From Octopus vulgaris (Eukaryota): a stretch of 64,000 bases of DNA. How positions within the stretch are numbered: position 1 is the first letter of the stretch; each line of letters begins with the position of its first letter. The notes beneath the pieces are model-generated. The model saw only the letters and a list, made by a program, of their open reading frames with translations. It had not been told where the DNA came from and searched no databases. The translations under genes and the position numbers were made by a program. Below are positions 58,299 through 64,000 of this stretch, piece after piece. Location: positions 34,100,001 through 34,164,000 of the forward strand of contig OX597836.1 of the NCBI GenBank assembly GCA_951406725.2, given 5' to 3'.

Positions 58299-58585
58299 TG
58301 GCAGGGCTGGCCTGCTAGGTAGCCGGCCAGAATGCTAGAAAAAGATCATCAACGATCAAACTACAAGGGAAATTCTCTAGAGGAAGAATTCAGCGAACAC
58401 GAGAACCAACTTTGGCGGGCAGGACATATGAAAAATTATATAAATAACAGACTTAAATGCATACTAAAGTTGGTTCTCGTGTTCGCTGAATTCTTCCTCT
58501 AGAGAATTTCCCTTGTAGTTTGATCGTTGATGATCTTTTTCTAGCATTCTGGCCGGCTACATAGCAGGCCAGCCCTGCCAATATA
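58294..58585. repeat. Near-perfect 120 bp inverted repeat with 52 nt spacer
   Basis: 58294-58413 versus 58466-58585; one mismatch seen (58318/58561). Confidence 0.95.
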
Positions 58586-58688
58586 CACATATATTTGAAT
58601 TTTCTCTGACTCCTCAGATTTTTTGAATGCTGGACTACTGGTTTTAAATTGATATTAAAATTAATATTAATTTATCTCCCTCAATTTT

Positions 58689-58769
<81 letters not shown>

Positions 58770-59112
58770 TAAACATATCTAAATATAATATAATATAATA
58801 TAATATTTTTACATATATATACATAGCGCATAAACAAAGCCTGAAAAATTCCTTTAAGATACATGGCGTATTTTATAAATATGCCTGTTCAAGTATCATA
58901 ATAGCATGAAACTATTTAGTAACTCTTTCGGTTGTGTGTGTGTATATATATGTATATATATATATTGGAAGGTTTGGAGATGATGTACAGGTATTATATA
59001 TTAGAAGAAATGAGGTAATCAGAAGATCGGATGGTTCATATTTATAGCTATTTATTTATATATTACATTTTTTACATATATATATTATATCATTCAGATC
59101 ATATCATTCAGA

Positions 59113-59152
59113 TTATTAGCGCTTTCTCCCATTCTAGTGGGGCTTTCAATAT
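59113..59152 (-). ncRNA. Degenerate minimal hammerhead-like motif, AGCGCT stem III
   Basis: Minus strand: TTGAAAG-CCCCA-CTAGAA-TGGGA-GAA-AGCGCT-A. Confidence 0.4.
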
Positions 59153-59194
59153 ATATATATATGTATGTATTATTTCTTATCTTTGTGTGTATGA

Positions 59195-60060
59195 ATCATT
59201 TGACTGCGGTCATGATGGGGCACTGCCAGTTCAACAAATCTACTTTGGGACTTACCTGTTTTTAAGCCTAGTACTTATTCTATCGGTCGATTTTGCCAAA
59301 CTGCCAAGTTACGGGGACGTAAGCTCATCAACACTGGTTGTCAAGTGGTGGGGGACAAATGTAGACACGACGGGCTTCTTTCAGTTTCCGTCTACCAAAT
59401 CCACTCACAAGGATTTAGTTCGCCCGGGGCAATTATGCAAGACTTGCCCAAGGTGCCACGCAATGGGACAGAGCCAAAATCATATCATATTATATTATAT
59501 GTTACCTGTTTCAATCGTCGATCTGCGGTCATGCTGGGGCACTGCTTTGAAGGGTTTAGACACACAAATCAACCCTCGTACTTTTAATTGGCTTATTATT
59601 TTTTTAAAGTCTAGCACCTACTCTATCGGACACTTTTAACGAACTGCTAAATAACAAGGATGTAAATAACCCAACACCGGTCATCAAGCAGTATGGGGGA
59701 CAAACACAAAGATAGGCACACGTATTTATACATATATCTGTAGGTAAATTTATATGTATAAATATATGCATATGTATAAATTTATACAAATATATACATA
59801 TAAATATATACATAGAAACATATTAATATATACATATAAATGCATACATATATGCATATAAATAAATAAATATATACATATAAATATATACATTCAAACA
59901 CATATAAACGACAGGAATCTTTCAGCTTCCGTCTTCCAAATCCAATCATAATACATTGGTCGGTCCGGGGTTATAGGAAAAGACACCTGGCCAAGATGTC
60001 AAGCAGTGGGACTGAACCCAGTATCATGTGATTGCAAAGGGAGTTCTTACCCACATAGCT
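59195..60060 (-). mobile_element. Cluster of diverged SINE family B pieces
   Basis: Segments ~59195-59475, 59505-59715 and 59908-60060 match 52432-52850 in reverse. Confidence 0.75.
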
Positions 60061-60099
60061 ATGTCTGCACCTATGTATGTATATACGTATGTACATCAA

Positions 60100-60232
<133 letters not shown>

Positions 60233-60239
60233 GTATATA

Positions 60240-60286
<47 letters not shown>

Positions 60287-60454
60287 ATACATATGCATAT
60301 ATAAACATTTCAGTACCGGTTTCAGCCATTGAGACATTTTCAACTGTAAGTATGGAAAACAATTAAATTTTGTATCTATGTATCTATCTAAATAGGTGTG
60401 CATACATATATATGCTTACATATGGACCGTATAAGTACGTTAAAATTGTTTTCG

Positions 60455-60487
<33 letters not shown>

Positions 60488-60529
60488 TTGTGTGTGAGAG
60501 TGTGTGTGTGTCTGTGTGTGTGTTCTGTC

Positions 60530-61700
<1,171 letters not shown>

Positions 61701-61708
61701 ATTATATA

Positions 61709-61787
<79 letters not shown>

Positions 61788-61791
<4 letters not shown>

Positions 61792-62017
61792 CTTTATTAC
61801 CCACAAGGGGTTAAACATAGAGGGGACAAACAAGGACAGACAAACGGATTAAGTCGATTACATCGACCCCAGTGCGTAACTGGTACTTAATTTATCGACC
61901 CCGAAAGGATGAAAGGCAAAGTCGACTTCGGCGGAATTTGAACTCACGACATAACGACAGACGAAATACGGCTACGCTTTTCGCCCGGCCTGCTAACGTT
62001 TCTGCCAGCTCGCCGCC
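61788..62017 (-). mobile_element. SINE family A, full length
   Basis: Reverse complement of 49098-49326. Confidence 0.92.
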
Positions 62018-62083
62018 TTTATATATATACATACATACATATATACGTACGCGCACACACACACATCACACATATACATACAT

Positions 62084-62114
<31 letters not shown>

Positions 62115-62435
62115 CTCGTTTTAAGCATTTTTTACTTAAGTGTATTCGAAGACGATGCTGATGATGTTTGAAGAAGGCAGCAGCGTGGTTGCTGTCGTTG
62201 CCGTCGTCGTCGTCGTCGCCGTACTTGTTGTTGTTGTTGTTGTTGCTTTTAAACTTAATTACATTTTCTAAGTGGGGAGTCAGTTGGAAGGGTCTGTAGA
62301 ATGGTATGGTGGTACGGTGGGTGGATGAGGGTGTCGGTGGTTTGGGGTGGTGGTGGAAAGGAGTGAAATATTTCAGACATTTCTTGATATTTCACGGTGA
62401 TGTGGTTCCGCTTAATGATATATTGATGTACCTTT

Positions 62436-62501
<66 letters not shown>

Positions 62502-62615
62502 GTGTGTGTGTTTTTGTGAGTGTGGGTATGTGTGTGTGTGATGTGTATATATATACGTATACATCTATATGTATGTATATATATATATATATATATATGT
62601 CTGTGTATATATATG

Positions 62616-62648
<33 letters not shown>

Positions 62649-62777
62649 AAATATATGTATGTATATACGTTTATATAGATGACTTTTTGTATATGTTTAT
62701 TTGAATATATGTGCATGGATATGTATATTTGTATGTACACACGCACACACACATATATACATACACACATACACATG

Positions 62778-62849
<72 letters not shown>

Positions 62850-63326
62850 TATATGTATGTATGAATGTATGTATATATATATATATATCATATGCACAAA
62901 TATATGTGCGTTTACATATGTGTAAGTGTATATACACACACACCCACACATACAAACATATTTAAAAAAGAGTGAGAAATAGAGTTTGATGGAATGTGAG
63001 ACTGTCCGTATGTGAGCCAATGTGCATATATATATGCTTCTGTGTGTTTGGGTGCGTGTGTGTGCGCGTGTGTATATGTGCGTGTACGTGTATGCCAGCA
63101 TACATACTCACATCTATGCATGCATTTATTTATAAGGCCAAATGTAGAGGAACGTTTCACGTGAAACGGTTTTTTTTAAACATTTCTATTAGATAAATAT
63201 GTATGTTTGTATATACACATATACATATATCTTTATGATGTACTTGACGAGGCTTAAAGCACGGAGCAACAACTGCCTTTAAAAATGTCTCGAAGGATAT
63301 GCAGTGATACATATATATACACACAT

Positions 63327-63419
<93 letters not shown>

Positions 63420-63424
63420 CACGA

Positions 63425-63655
63425 AACAGGGGCAGCTGATGAAGGAGAATATTCCTTGTATTGTTTGTCTTGTACTCTGTTTTTACGTTGTTAAAAAAAG
63501 TTCGTTTCCTTGTTTGATTTTATGTTTTCGTTTCTCGTTGTGTTCTACGTTTATTTGTGGTGTCCTGTACTCATATATGCATGTATATATACATATAGAT
63601 GTAGGTATGGACATATATGTATGTATACATATGTTTTATTTATTAAATTGTTATG
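63425..63655 (+). repeat. Interspersed repeat family D
   Basis: Reverse complement of 21630-21895. Confidence 0.8.
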
Positions 63656-63659
63656 TATA

Positions 63660-63713
<54 letters not shown>

Positions 63714-64000
63714 TATATATATATATACATACATGCATGCACGCACACTCACACACACACGCATGTACACGCACACACACACACACACATACACTAACTT
63801 TCTCTCTCTCTCAGACACCCACACACACATATATGGAAGATCTTGGGAACTAGCGCACAGCTTTGGGATTGAATGCTATGCGAACCACGGGACTAGGTGC
63901 TGCTGCATCATAGACCAGAGATCCCGCCATCTGCGTCAAGAATAAGAGCCCAATATTCTAACAAGTTTGCTTTCAAAGGCTGAAACATTCCAATGCTTTG

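Overview
AT-rich eukaryotic intergenic/intronic DNA. Its repeat content looks like an octopod cephalopod (inferred, not checked by search). I found no intact protein-coding gene, and almost all listed ORFs are translations of microsatellites ((TA)n, (CA)n, (TACA)n, (AAT)n, (ACC)n, (GAA)n, (GATA)n). Between the microsatellites are many copies of at least three tRNA-derived SINE families; decayed mariner, Tc1, maT/DD37D and hAT transposons; a non-autonomous Helitron; and 3' fragments of R4/Dong-type and RTE-type LINEs. The most notable signal is about 17 minimal type-I hammerhead-ribozyme-like motifs from several unrelated short repeat families. Many have a palindromic stem III, as in Penelope-like elements (PLEs), several have a compensatory U3:A8 core, and several sit in fold-back elements. 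One element (45.5-46.1 kb) joins a tRNA-derived Pol III head, an (AAT)n spacer and an intact hammerhead tail with an inverted terminal copy: a candidate PLE-mobilised, ribozyme-bearing SINE. All folds and family calls were made by eye.
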